Shown here one piece after another: positions 11,311-24,148 of a stretch of 64,000 bases of DNA. Both the position numbers and the translations under genes were made by a program. The notes below the pieces were generated by a model that was given only the letters and a program-made list of their open reading frames with translations, had not been told where the DNA came from and ran no database searches. Position 1 is the stretch's first letter. Every line of letters begins with the position of its first letter. Source of the DNA: Peribolospora baueri (taxonomy: Eukaryota); NCBI GenBank assembly GCA_029717555.1, contig JAMDHS010000011.1, forward strand, positions 62,001 through 126,000, read 5' to 3'.

Positions 11311-12956
11311 TCAGTCCAGCCCACCACCGGGAGGGGTCACGCCAGCCCCCCCACCCTCCCTGGCAGCCCTCGCCTCCTTCAGCCTCCTCAATCCCCTCCC
11401 AGCTACTGGCTCCCTTTCCGCCCCACCTCCCGCCCCGGCCCCGGCCCCGCCGGGTGCGCCGCCGAAGAGGCCGGCCATAAGGTCCTGGAGAATGTTGCCG
11501 CCCTGAGGCTGTAGAGGACGGATGTTGAAATAGATCTGGCCCAGAGAGGCTAGGGCCTTAAAGAAAGGAGTAAGGACGGAAGAGGGGTCGATGTGAGCGG
11601 CAAACGAAAACGGAAGGAGGGAAATTGAAATTTGAGAGGCGAAACGCTCGGCCGTCCCGACACTCACCTCTGTCACCGCCTCCTCCCTCATGACGCCGCC
11701 CGTACCCTCGTACCTCCTCACGAGCACTCGCCAAGCCTCCCTAACCTCTCTCTCCCTCTTCCTCGCCTCCTCTGCCGTGCCCACCGCATCCACGTCTAGA
11801 TCGGCCCCGACGCTCGCGGAACGTTGGCAGGTCTCCAGCGCCAGCTGGGCAAAGTTGAGTGCAGGGTTGGTCGTCATCCAGAGCGCGTGCTCGCCCGTCC
11901 CTGACGCGGGCGTAGGGGACGCGGACAGGACGGCTGGGTTTGGATGGGCGGGATCGGAGGGAATGAGGAGGGATGAATGGGAGGGGATTAATTGAGAGAG
12001 GTAAGAAGTTAGGAAGACCCGAGCCAGGTGGATGTTCTTGTTCAAGAGGTACCTGGGTCGTTGACAGGGTCCGGGAGATGGCTCGAGTCGGTCAGTCTGC
12101 CACGAGGGATCGGAACAAACCGACTGCGATCTGACTTACGGCAACATTCCTCGAAGAGCATATCTCCCCGCCTCTTCTACCTCCCTCCCCCTGTGCTCTC
12201 CCAGCCACTCGACCATCATCTGAGCCAAGATACGCGCCCCGTCCCTACTTCCGGAGGAGAGAAGGTGCGGCTCTGCCAAGTCGAACGCTTTTTCTGGAGG
12301 TACATGGATGTAGAGCACGCATATACAATGACCGATTGGGAGTTCGGATAAGTATATCATCTCCATTCTTCGCAGTGACAGGTAAATGCAAACGTCAAAG
12401 TGTGCGCCGACCGACCTTTGTAGAGTAGCTCGCCGATGTACAGTTGCAGTGCGGGATCGCCGGCCGGAGAGGTGCCGAACTCGATAGACCAGGAGATCGC
12501 GGCGTGGATGAGCTTCTTGCGCCAAGAGCCTTCTGGGGAGGTGAGCGCTATAAGTTGGGTTACGCGGGCTGAAGAGAGGAGGGACGGGTAGAAGTCGGTG
12601 GACGGTGGGGAGCAGGCCGGTCAGTCATGGCGCCGCGTTCACGTTTCCCAACGCTCTCTCGCGTCCGGCCCGCTCATTTCCTCACATCTCGAAACCTGGT
12701 CCACCTCCACTCCGGCCTGCTCATACACCTCAATCAGGTACAGCGCCAGGTCGCTCCCGCTCCCCTGCTGATCGTTCTTGAGCAGCACGACGGCTCCGTC
12801 GAAGAGCGTCTCGATCGCCTGCCGGTAGCTTTTACGCCTCAGCTGCCGCACCGCTTTCGTGCGCAGCCGCTGGTGCAGTTCGTAGCCTTCGCTCACGCTC
12901 ATCGATGGGGCCGGAGAGACATCCTGCGTGGCCGACGGCGCCGTTGTCGCAGCCAT
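11311..12956 (-). CDS. GET4: Golgi-to-ER traffic protein 4 (GET4), multi-exon
   Basis: YELHQRLRTKAVR...GSGSDLALYLIEVY, WSIEFGTSPAGDPALQLYIG, AEPHLL and LGQIYFNIRP...GNILQDLMAGLFGG. Consistent GT-AG introns. Confidence 0.9.
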
Positions 12957-13363
12957 GGTGGTGGGAGTTCTGGTCGAGGTGGAAGAGCAGCTGGCGAACG
13001 TGACCGCAACGCGACGTCTTGGCTGCTGTGCTGGTTCATTTCGAACGAGACTGACACGTGGAGAGCACGTGCGGCGACCGATTCCTAAATGCGCTGTAAT
13101 GGCGAGTTGTAATGGACGTCATCCCCGCACGTGCCCCACTGGGAATGATCGGGCCCTACGTCGAGCATTCCGATGTCGGAATAGCCTTCCCTTGTCGTCA
13201 TTCCGGGGCGACCACCGCCGAACGCTCAGCGCACCTTGCTCACCGTCCACGACACTTGCTGGTTCAGCTTGCTCGCCTTTTGCGGCACCGTGCTGCTGTG
13301 CACCGCTTGCCGTGCGCTCACCATCCGCCCATCCAGCTGCATATCCAACCCATCACCCAATCC

Positions 13364-16300
13364 ATGATGCCGGCTTCGGCCGCCGACGACTCGTCCAACT
13401 CCAGCTCCACCGCTACCACGAGCTCTAGGACCAAGCCTTCCTTCTTTTTTGGCCTCCCCAGACCTCGCCTCCCAAGCTTCTTTTTTGGCCTCCCCAGACT
13501 TCGGCTCCCAAGCTTCTCTTGGCTCTTTCCTCGTCCCTTCGCCTCCGCTTCGAACTCTTCTCCGCCTTCCCCATCCTCACCACGCTCACAACGTTCCCCA
13601 CCATCTCTCCGCTCTCCCCGCTCCCTAACTCGCTCAGCCAGCACCGCGTCCCTCGCTTCTTCTTTATCGGCTACACGCTCACGATCACGCGCTCCATCTC
13701 GTCACCCTCCTCGGCCCCGTCCGCCGGATTTTGATGCCGATTATGCGGACCCCCGACACATCGAGGCGTTCGCTAAGGCGCTCTCTGAGGACCCAAGCGA
13801 TCCGCAGGAGAAGGTCCATCACATTGTCGCCGTATCGGACTTCGCGCCCATAAATGAGAAGACGAGAAGGTGAGCTTCCGGGACTTTGATCGTCGCATTT
13901 CGTTTGCTTAGGAAAGAAAGCAAAGCGACCGGAGAGAGGCTCATTCCAACGCTTTCACTGCGTGCCAAGCTAGGCTCCGCTCGCTCACCCTCCCGGCTCC
14001 ATTCTCGTTGTTGTCCCTTCGTTTATTTGCAGGAATCGAAAGCGCCCTGCAGAGGATGAGCGAGCTGGTTTTGCGCACAAGCTTCTCCGCTTTCCCCTCC
14101 TCTCAGTCATCTTCCTGGTCATCTCCATTCAGTTCTTCTTCTACGTCTTCGTCCGACAAATCGTCAACGTTGTCGAGTGGACCATTGCCTGGAGGGGCCA
14201 GAAGGGAAAGTTGAGGAAGCGCCTGAGGAGGGCTGAGAGCTATGACGAGTGGAGGAAGGCAGCATCGAAGCTGGATTGGTATCAGGGGTACGATGAGTGG
14301 AAGCGCGAGGAGCAGAGCGGGTTGTACGATTGGATTTTGGTCAAGAAGGTGAGCGAGCCGGAATGGATGGTTCCATGTCGATGCTGACGTTCACATCGTC
14401 TTATTTATCGCTAACATGCCGTCCTCCACTTTGTCATAGGTCCTCGGCTCCCTCAGAACCTACCGAGAACAAGACGACGCTGAGAACCTCCTCGGTGTAC
14501 TGGATCTCTGCGTGCGCTCCAACTTTGCAGGCATAGAGGGCTTTCAACTGTACAGTCAAACGTATTGGGGCACGAAGGATATGATAGAGCAGTACATTGA
14601 CGAGGGTGAGTGCTGTGGATCGTGAACAACCCTTTGGTCGTTCCGCTCACGAACTTCACATCCAATCCCACGCCCTTATAGTCGAACGCTCCCTGGCCTA
14701 CATCACCGCGACGCCCAAACTGCCTTTAGAGGCGAAGCGACAGTTCTTCCGAGCTATATCAAAGACCTATGGCCGCTCCGCGCTGTGCCTCTCCGGCGGC
14801 GCCACGTTCGCTTATTACTCCTTCGGTGTTGTCAGGGCTCTATTGGACCTTGACCTTCTCCCGCGAGTCATTACTGGTACGAGGTAAGCTCGAGAAGATT
14901 ATAGATAGCTGGTCCGAGGGCAGGCTTGCATTCCTCGAGCTGAGGCAACCCGAATTGTTGCTCGCTGTTTTCGCCCTCTCCCTCACCAGCGCTGGAAGCC
15001 TCGTCGCGGCACTTGCGTGTACTCGCACGAATGACGAGCTCAAGCAGATCCTCATCCCCGAACTGGCTGAGAAGATCACTGCGTGCGAGGACCCCTTTAC
15101 CGTCTGGTGGCCCGTGAGATTGCCTTCTTCGATCAATCCGCTAAGGCAAGCCTGGCCGACGTGTTTGTTCCTGCGCTCACTTCTCTGAACCGTTGCCACC
15201 CCTAACACCTCGATTGTAGCGTTTCCTCAAAACGGGCGCGCGCTTCGACACCGTGTCTTGGGTGGCCAAGTCCGCGTACTTCACCCATGGCTCGCTCACC
15301 TTCAAAGAGGCTTTTCAGCGCACAGGACGGGTCCTGAACGTCAGCGTAATTCCCAATGATAGACATAGGTGAGTTGGCTGCTCGTCCCTTCGTTGTAGGC
15401 ATGGCTCTGTCTGACGTGCATCTTTGTCCCCGTCTTCCCGGGCCTCAGCCCAGCAAAGCTCCTAAATTATCTCACCGCCCCCGACTGCGTCATCTGGTCC
15501 GCTTTGCTTGCTTCGGCCGCCGTGCCGGGCATTTTGAACCCTGTACCGCTCATTCAGAAGAGGTTGGACGGGAGCGTGGTACCTTGGAACATGGCTCATC
15601 GGTTCAAGGACGGGTCGCTTCGGTGAGTCGCCCTTGCTTTCACGACTCCCAGCTCAGAGGACGTTATTACACTGTTCAACTCCACCATCTCTATCAGCTT
15701 GCTGAAATGCCAATTGATTCGGTCGTCCACCCCGCGTCACAGATCCGACATACCTCTTCAAGCCCTCCAAAGTCTCTTCAATGTCAACTTTGCCTTCGTC
15801 TCCCAGACGAACCCACACGTCCACCTCTTTTTCTTTGCACCCACTGGCACGCCCGGTCGACCTGTGGCCCATCGCCAGGGCAAAGGGTGGAGGGGAGGGT
15901 TCGTGCTCAGTGCGGCGGAACAGATATTGAAGTTGTCTTTGAGCACGCATTTCAAGGTGGGTTTAATATGTCGGTTCTGCACCTTCCTGTCCGGGGGCCT
16001 ATCTTTGGTTCGAGTCTGTGGAAAAGGTGACGAAACGATGTCTGCTGACGCCCCCCTCTCTGTCCATCTCCTGGCCATCGATAAGATCATCCGCGACCTG
16101 CAACTCCTACCCCAGCTACTCGGCCAAGATTGGTCATCCGTCTTTCTCCAGCCCTTCGGCGGCGCTGTCACCATCTGGCCCAAGACGCGGTTTTGGGATT
16201 GGATACGGATCCTCAGCGATCCCGACGTGTAAGTTTCACTCGTCCTTCCGCACATTTGCCAAGCGCTCCCTCTCGGCGCTCCCCCGAGGGTGAAGGAGCT

Positions 16301-16977
16301 TACAGCTTACAGGTGATGTGATTTTCCTGTTTGTCTTCGCAGCAAAGAGCTGGACAGGATGATCAGTGTAGGACAAAAGGTCACTTGGCCCAAGGCGCAC
16401 ATGATCGAGAACCGAATGCGGTGAGTCAGCGTCGTCCCTTGCACTCCTTCTTTTGACTCCCACTGCGCTTCAGATCGAACGGCCTTTGTTTCCGCTCTTT
16501 ACACGTGTGCGGAAAGGGAATTGACGAGACTCAATCCATTTACCCATTTCCCACATTGCAAACTCGCCGATTCACAGAATCGAGGTCGCCATCGCTCAAG
16601 GACGCACCGTCGTCCGCCGCGCTATCCGCGGGCGTCATCTGTCCAGCAGATCGGGCAGCAAGCTTGCGCGCGACTCCTCGGAGGAGACGCTGGCGGCGGC
16701 CGCTACCAGAGCTGAGGGCGCCAACGCTAACTTGACAGATACAGATTTCGGCTCTGAGGTCGAAGGCTCACCTACGGGCGGGAGGTCTGGGGCGGCGGGC
16801 TTGATCCTGGAAAAGGGTGGGAAGAAGAAGTGGTCGGCGGACGACCTGCGCGAGAGGCTCCTGCACAAGCGTGTCGCCGGGAGCAATAGCGGCGGCTCTT
16901 CGCCCCAGATGGGCCATATGAGGGAGGACGCTGGCGATCTCGAATCTCCGCCGAGCTCGAAGGAGTGGAGCAGCTAA
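13364..16977 (+). CDS. Patatin-like phospholipase / triacylglycerol lipase (TGL3/4/5-like)
   Basis: YGRSALCLSGGA (oxyanion motif), spliced ITGTSAG (GxSxG), FKDGSLR (catalytic Asp) and VSQTNPH. About a dozen GT-AG introns. Confidence 0.9.
13436..13537 (+). repeat. 36-bp in-frame tandem repeat (2 full copies plus 1 degenerate) in lipase exon 1
   Basis: Encodes PSFFFGLPRPRL / PSFFFGLPRLRL / PSFSWLFPRP. Confidence 0.85.
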
Positions 16978-18145
16978 TGCCATGCCCGTGATACGGGGTC
17001 GTATTTGATGGCATGGTGTTTTCTTGATTATGTACTTCTACGGATGCGCAGCCAGTTTTATGCTTCCTTCTTTCTCTGTCTTTCGAGTCTCTTAGCATAT
17101 ACTATAACCATCTTCTCATTGGAAACGTTTCGTATGCATTGGAACGAGAAAGAGAAGTCAGAACGCGTATTGGGAAGAAAGCAAAACCTTCTCTCCTCCC
17201 TGCCTCACTCCCTCATAGACAGAAACAATGCCCCGACTTGCACAAGACGCATGTCTCGAGTAAACACCGCCATCCCTGTACGTGTCTTGCAGCGCTTGTC
17301 GGATCGTTCATACCGCTCGCATCGTCTGTCAAGGTCGTCAAATGGGTCGTTCATCATCGTCGGTGTCGTCTGGTATACGTCGCAACACGTTAGACGCACC
17401 ATATGAGCGAAGTCGCGAACAAGCTGACTAAGCGACATCGCCCGTGATAGGAGATAACCGGGCAACGCCTCACTCTTTCCTTACCATGTCGCTCGCTTCG
17501 CCTCCTTTGTCTTCTCATCTGCCCTCCTCGACGGTGAGGAGCACCAATCCAGTCCAGTCCGTTTCCAGCGCCGTCAGAGCTGATGCGGCCCAAGTGTGGT
17601 CGTCGGCACCGCCTACATTCGCGTTGTCTATTCACTGCTCTTTTGTTTGGCTTCCTCGCAACGCTGTTTACAAATCCCCACTGACTGCACTACAAACAAG
17701 TCTGCTTGCAGCCTCTGTTTGCAACACGCAATTCCCTTTGTCCCTTCTGCACTGCACAGACCTTCTACCCTTGTTTAGGAACACGGCATCATGCCGAACC
17801 GAGCGTCAGAGACGGCAAGGTTGGCCGTTTAGTTAACGAAACTCCTCGGACAGAGCCTATTGTAACGTTCAGACGCCGGCATCCCCGTCCCGTTTCCTCT
17901 GTATCTGATCTTCTCCCGGTCGGTAGCTCTTTGTCTTTTGTTCGTCTCGTCCAGTTCCCCAGGTCTGGTACCGTCTTCATAAGGACGGAGCTGCCACGAT
18001 AATTTTTTCTCCAAAAAATTGCCACACTGGAACTCCTTTCCTCCTCACCACCACCTCATTCAGCCAGTCGAGCAGTTGTCGTCCTCCTCGCGTTTACCTC
18101 GATAATCTCTGTCTTTGCCTCCACTGCAACGAAGACAACTCGGTC

Positions 18146-21100
18146 ATGTCCCCGCCATCGACGCCATCCAGCTCCCGCACCCAGCCCGCGTCCAAGTTCA
18201 CCTTGTCTCCGGGCCAGAGGTCCGAACGAACGTCCTTATCTTCTGCTTCCGTCGACTCTTTCCATTCCTCTCCCGCGCAATTCTTATCGCAACAACAAAC
18301 CAGATCCCGATCTCCGTCGAGAGCGACGGTGCCTTTGGCACCTTTTGGATCACCCACGAAAGGAGGCTACCGACCTGAGAGGGGCATCACAAAGGGCCGG
18401 CTATGGATGCCGAACGGTGGGGTTGGAGAATCTCCGTCTAGGGCATTGAGAGAGTGAGTACTTTAGATTATCGTGGCTGAAGGATGTGTGGAGGGAGTGA
18501 TACGTTGAAGGTGGATGATGGAGATGGGGACGGGCTATCTGACCGCGCTGCTTCTGGACTATCATTGCCTCAGGTCGCTTAACCCCGCGGTCTATCAAGG
18601 CGACTCGTCCATCTCACTTCCGCTTAGCTCTGCTCTTGAGTCGGACTCGGACGACAACGACACGCGCTCGTCGCCGCGCTCCTGGCCTTTCTTCCACAAG
18701 GTCGCCCGCACGAGCGCCAGCTCGCACTCGAACGTGTCCGAAAAGCTTCACCACTCCGCCGCCCGTCTCCTCAGTTTCGCTTCGTCGCACTCTCGTAAAG
18801 CCTCCTCTTCGTCTCCTCGCAGCTCTCCCCCTCTGACGCCCCCTTGGCAGATTGATTCTCCTATGGCCTTGGACCATCCGGTGAAGCTGTCTGGCGGAGT
18901 GAGAGTGGTGGGCAAGGCTACGGGGATGGGATTAGGGATCGGCGAGGAAATGGACCGAAACCGCGACTTTAGTGGGGCCATCGTTGTGCGAACACCTCAG
19001 GATGCTTTCAACGTGGTAAACAAGTACGGGAACCCAACGTTCGTCGAAGACGGCGTTTTCTCTTCCACCGCTACTAACAGGTCCGAGAACACGACCACAG
19101 GAAGCTACGAGCCGGTCTCTTCTGCAAAACAAGGACGGTCTCTGCCCTCTCCACCTCACCGAGACCCGCCGTCCAAGTCGCCTGGGGAAAGAGTGCCCGC
19201 AAAAAATACTCAGCTGCGATACGATCCTAACCGTCGTCCGGAACTGCCGCTACGTGCGCCACCGCCTCTGCCATTCACCCCCAGTCGGGGCCTGACAGAG
19301 GTGGTGTCGGTGCCCAAGTCGGTCTCGCCAGACAATGTGGATGTTTTTTTCCCTCGACGAACCCCTCCCGCTCTTCACTCACGCATGGGTTCGCAAGCGT
19401 CTTCACAACACCCAGCGGAACGAATCGTTCCATCTTGTTCAGAGCCTCCCAAAACGCCCCCTCCGTTGATGCCGGCAGCGACGCCAAAGTCCAAGAGGAG
19501 CTTTTCGGGGTTGAGAGAATCGCTGTTGGCTGTTAAGGCGGCAGAGATGTGTCCGCTGGCTTCTTGGTCTACTTCCACGCATTCCTCCCCTATCGAATAC
19601 CTCCTTCCGAGTTTATCTTCCCCTCCTTCTCCCATCGACACCTCGGTCTCGTTCCGAACAGAGGCGGTAGCGGGAGAAGACGCAGAAATGGAGATGGCGG
19701 CCTTCCCCGCGCCCTCGCCCTCAACCTCCATCACAGCGCCATCGGCGCGCAAGCATTCCAGCAGGCAGGGTCCATTCAGCGCCACCCTATTAGGCGTTCA
19801 GACTTCCTTCCTGCCCTCGCCTACATCGCCCGCATCAACCTCAGGATCCATAGCGACCATCCAAGAATCCAATACGCTCGTCAAGCTCAACATCGGAGGC
19901 ACCGTCTTCGTCACGTATTTGCACACCCTTCTCGCTCCCGCTTGCGATCCGCACAGTCGGCTCGCTCGGTTTGCGCAAGCTTGTGCGGAGGCGGGTGAGG
20001 TGTCAGGGAAAGGGGAGAAGGATCAGGGTGATGAAGAATGGAAGAGTGCGAGACGCGGGACATCGAGGAAGGTGGAGAAGGGACTGTTTCCTGAAGACGT
20101 TGGACAGGAAGCTCAGGAGGACGGCGACGGAGAGAAGGACAGGGAGCCAAATCGTTCTCCTACCTCGTTGTTCGGTATTCCTCGCCACAAGCACCGCACT
20201 CGTCTGTACGACACGCCCACCTCAACCGTTAGCCCCATCCCTACCTCCAGCACATCTAGCAGCGCCTACAGTGTCGACTCAAACCGCGAGTTCACAATGT
20301 CCTCAGCGGCGAAAGAGGAAGAGGGGGAGACCGAGTCGGAATTCACTGCCGATAGCTGGGCCTCGGCGACCTCTTCCTTCGTCTTTCACTCCATTAACCC
20401 TTTTCTTCATCCACTTTCGCCTCTCCGCTCCCCTTCGGCCGATTGCAACACCAGAGCCACCAGCACCATGATAGCTGCGAAAGGGGAGCGGACAAGGATG
20501 CCGTCGAGGCCGACGACAAACTTCGAGTTTATCTCCGGTCCCGCGGCGGACTTCGGCGTTCGACGTCCTTCGCTGGGCGACGTGCTCGTGGTCGCACCTG
20601 CTTCGACGCCAGATGGGGATGCTGAGGATGAAGGGATTTCGAGACACACCGTCACCGCTACAGCCAGTGTCGTATCTGTTGCCAAGTTCGTTACCATTCC
20701 TCCAGAGGAAGAAGAGGACGGGCCCGAGGCAGAAGCCTTCCTAGGCCCGCTCATGAGAGCTCAAAGAGAGGCCGCCAGACGGTTACCGAAATTGTCAGCC
20801 GGTGTGATGACGGCTGGGCACGAGTACGACGAAGCGGAAAGGCGAGCGGCAGCTCTTGTTTCCGCTTCTGGGTGCACTTCCTCAACGTCCTCCACCCCCT
20901 CGTCTCCTTCCGCTTTGTCGTCCTTACTCAATGAGCTAGAGATCTCCTCTCAGCCTCCGTCCCGGTTCGCCGAGCCTATGGTCTTTCCAGCGTCCCCCCT
21001 GCCACAGCGCAAATGTTATTGTACGACGACAGGAATAACCGCGTCTTGCCGCCGAGACGCTTCTAAGGCGGCCACTGCGTTCGTGTCACCACACTCGCCT

Positions 21101-21646
21101 TTGTCCGTGGACTTCGATTCGTCTCACGACGGCAACGGCCTCTCGTCATCTACTTCCCTTGGTGGCACGACCAGCTGCAAATCGATCCAGTTACCGCACG
21201 GGGTCCAAGGAAGTGCAGAGGGAAACTATGGAGGTTGCAGAAGCGCGCACGCAGACAGAATGAAGGCTACTTTCCTGGACATATTCCTCGACCGCAACCC
21301 GAAGCCGTACTCCGCGATCCTCGACTACCTCCGCCAAGGCGATGGCCGTTTACCGGATCACCTCATTCCTCCTTCTGTTCTTCCGCTCTCCCCAAAAGAT
21401 GATGGAGCTCGTCTGCGGCAGCACCACGGCTCTATTGCTCACGGTCAACGCTCACAACGAAGCTTGACTGCAGGCAACACTTACAGTGCTCTCGGCGCGC
21501 CTTCTGAGGTCCCCTCCGCCTTGAGCGAACAGCACGCGCGAAGAGCGGAGAAGGCGCTGCGGAAGCTCGAACTCATCTGCGATGAGGCCGAGTGGCTCGG
21601 TATGGACACCTTGAAGGCCAATTGCGAGGGCGCAATGCGGTCGTGA
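18146..21646 (+). CDS. Large Ser/Pro-rich protein with a KCTD/T1-type BTB/POZ domain split by long insertions; exon 1 18146-~18453, exon 2 ~18572-21646
   Basis: 1043-codon ORF containing LVKLNIGGTVFVTYLHTLL...SRLARF and, much later, IFLDRNPKPYSAILDYLR...LELICDEAEWLGMDTL. The upstream exon splices in frame (GA|gtgagt...ctcag|G TCG). Confidence 0.75.
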
Positions 21647-22030
21647 CCGTCGTTGTGCTGATTCGTTCTCATCTTGCACGGCGACGGTCTTCCTGAGTGA
21701 TTTCCGCAGTCGACCCGGTTCTGTCTGGCCCGTCTGTGCTTAAGAGTTTTCCGTACATAATAGACTTTTACTTGTTACATGGTGATACTTCCTGCTTCTA
21801 GTTTAACAGTCATCTTGACTGCAACTATGTATCATACCTTCTAGCCAGAAGACAGATGTTATCTGAGGTTGAACAGGTGAAGAGAGAGAGTGAATGCAAC
21901 GCAAGCTGCTGACTAAGCCGAGGCCAGAAAAAAGCGGCCGCCTACCGCAGTCTTCTGGCAGAGCTCACTCGTCGAATGTCTTCGACACGACGGACACTTC
22001 CTCGTCAAGGGCGACAAGCACCTCCCAATC

Positions 22031-24007
22031 ATGCCCACAGCGACACCGTCTTCAAAAACGGGCGAAGGGTCCAAGGGAGGCCTGCTCCGATACCAGGGCC
22101 ATGCGTTTTTTCGACTTCGATTAGTCCTTTCTGTTCTTAGCGGCCGGCCTGTGCGGATTGATGCCATCCGGCCGAACGATGATAATCCTGGACTGAGAGG
22201 TGAGCGGTGACGGGGTCATAAAGGAAGGAGGAGGTAGGAAGGAGGGAGCTTTGAGGTGGAGTGGGAAAGGAAATGGCTTAATGCTAATGTGTATCTGTCC
22301 AATCGGCTTCCCTCTAAGATTTTGAGGCAGGCTTTCTGCGGTTGCTAGAGAAGATTACCAACGGCTCGCACGTCGAGATCTCCTACACCGGTGAGCGTTT
22401 CTTCCTCTTTTCTCCTATCTTCTCCTCTTTATGTCATCCCTTATCTTCTTGTTGATTGGCTTCAAGTCCGATCGGAGTACTGAAGAATTTTCCATCTCGT
22501 CCACTTTTCGTCCTTCCGGTAACCAGGTACCTCCGTGCTCTTCAAGCCAGGCGTCATCTCCGGAGGCACCGTCCAGCACGACTGTGGGACATCAAGATCA
22601 GTTGGATACTATCTTGAGGCAGTTATTTCCATTGCACCTTTTGCCAAGCAGGCCATCAATTTAACGCTGAAGGGGATCACAACTGACGGAAATGATCTGT
22701 CTGTGAGTATCTTTTGCAAGTTCTCATATTGAACGATCTAGCTAGGAGGAGGTAAAGTCTTACCTGATGGTAGGCAGTGTGAGTTTGACCTTGACCTTTA
22801 CTCACCGTATCGTTGCTCTTTCGTTTGACCGTGTCTCCCATCGCGTCGTGGCTGCGCCTCATTCAAGGCGGATCTCATTCGAACGGTTACATTGCCACAT
22901 CTGCAACCTTTTGGAATCGAGGATGGACTAGAACTGCGGGTACGTGTCCAAGGAGTATTTCGTATTTGTCTCATGTTTACCTGGAGGATGTACTAGCCGG
23001 AGACGTCCTTTCAATTTAACTGACCGTGCCCGCGTCCCGAACCCATCACAGATCAACAAGCGAGGTGCACCACCATTAGGCGGGGGAGAAGTCAGCTTCC
23101 GATGTCCGGTCATCAAACAGGTCAAAACTCTCAACTTCGTCGAGCCAGGCCGGGTTAAGCGGATACGTGGAATTGCGTAAGTCTGGCGGTTCTGTCTATT
23201 GAGTCGCCCCAAACGCTGCCCGGACGGAGGACGGACAAGAGAAACTCATTGCTGGGGGCGTCCTTTATCATTTCAGACACGCCGTGCGCGTTAGCCCACA
23301 GATGTCGAACCGAATGGTCGAAGCAGCTCGGTCAGTGCTCAACCGGTACATTCCCGACATCTACCTCTACGCCGACGTCTATCGAGGAGAGGACAGTGGA
23401 CGGTGAGTGCTCAATCACTGCGTCGCAGGTTTCTGTAGAAAGCAGTTGCTTTGATCTGACATATATTTTGCGATCTGATCGCTTCCGCAGCTCTCCTGGT
23501 TTTGCTCTCACCCTCGTCTCATCCTCCACGACGACGGCTCTCCACGCCTCCGAAGCGGTTTCCTCTCCGGGTATAACCCCAGAAGAAGTGGCGCTGGAAG
23601 CCGCTCGTGGTCTCCTTGACGAGATTGCCAGCCGAGGATGCGTCGATAGCCGGCACCAGTGGCTGGTGTTGTTGTACATGGTTTTGGGAAGCGAGGACGT
23701 GGGGAGATGTCGGATGGGCGAGTTGACAGCGCATAGGTGAGCGCGAGCGACCGTGTGGTTGACGTAACTGCTGTCTTCTGTTCGCCTCGCTGCTGGACCG
23801 ATCGCAAGCACGGTTTCCAATTTGCGAAGCGGTGCTCTGACTCTTGTTGCATTCGTATCGGTTGTAAACAGCATCGAATTCCTTCGCTTACTTCGAGACG
23901 CCTTTGGCACGACATTCAAGATCAGACCGATCGCTGATTCAGAGGCTGGCGAGGTGATGGTCAGCTGTCTTGGTACGGCGTACCGCGGTCATGCACGGGT
24001 GCACTGA
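22031..24007 (+). CDS. RCL1: RNA 3'-terminal phosphate cyclase-like protein RCL1 (18S rRNA processing)
   Basis: Spliced LLRYQGHAFFRLRLVLSVLSGRPVRIDAIRPNDDNPGLRDFEAGFLRLLEKITNGS, INKRGAPPLGGGEV, KRIRGIAHAVRVSPQMSNRM and SPGFALTLV. Confidence 0.93.
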
Positions 24008-24148
24008 AGATTGTTCGACCGTATTCAGTATTGGTGTACGACTAGCGGTAGAATGGATCAAATTCCTAGGAGTACTTGTACAATTGGGCAAGGATCTTAC
24101 ACAAACGAAGCAAGGCATAGACAGGCGTGCTACCAAAGACTATCCTCT

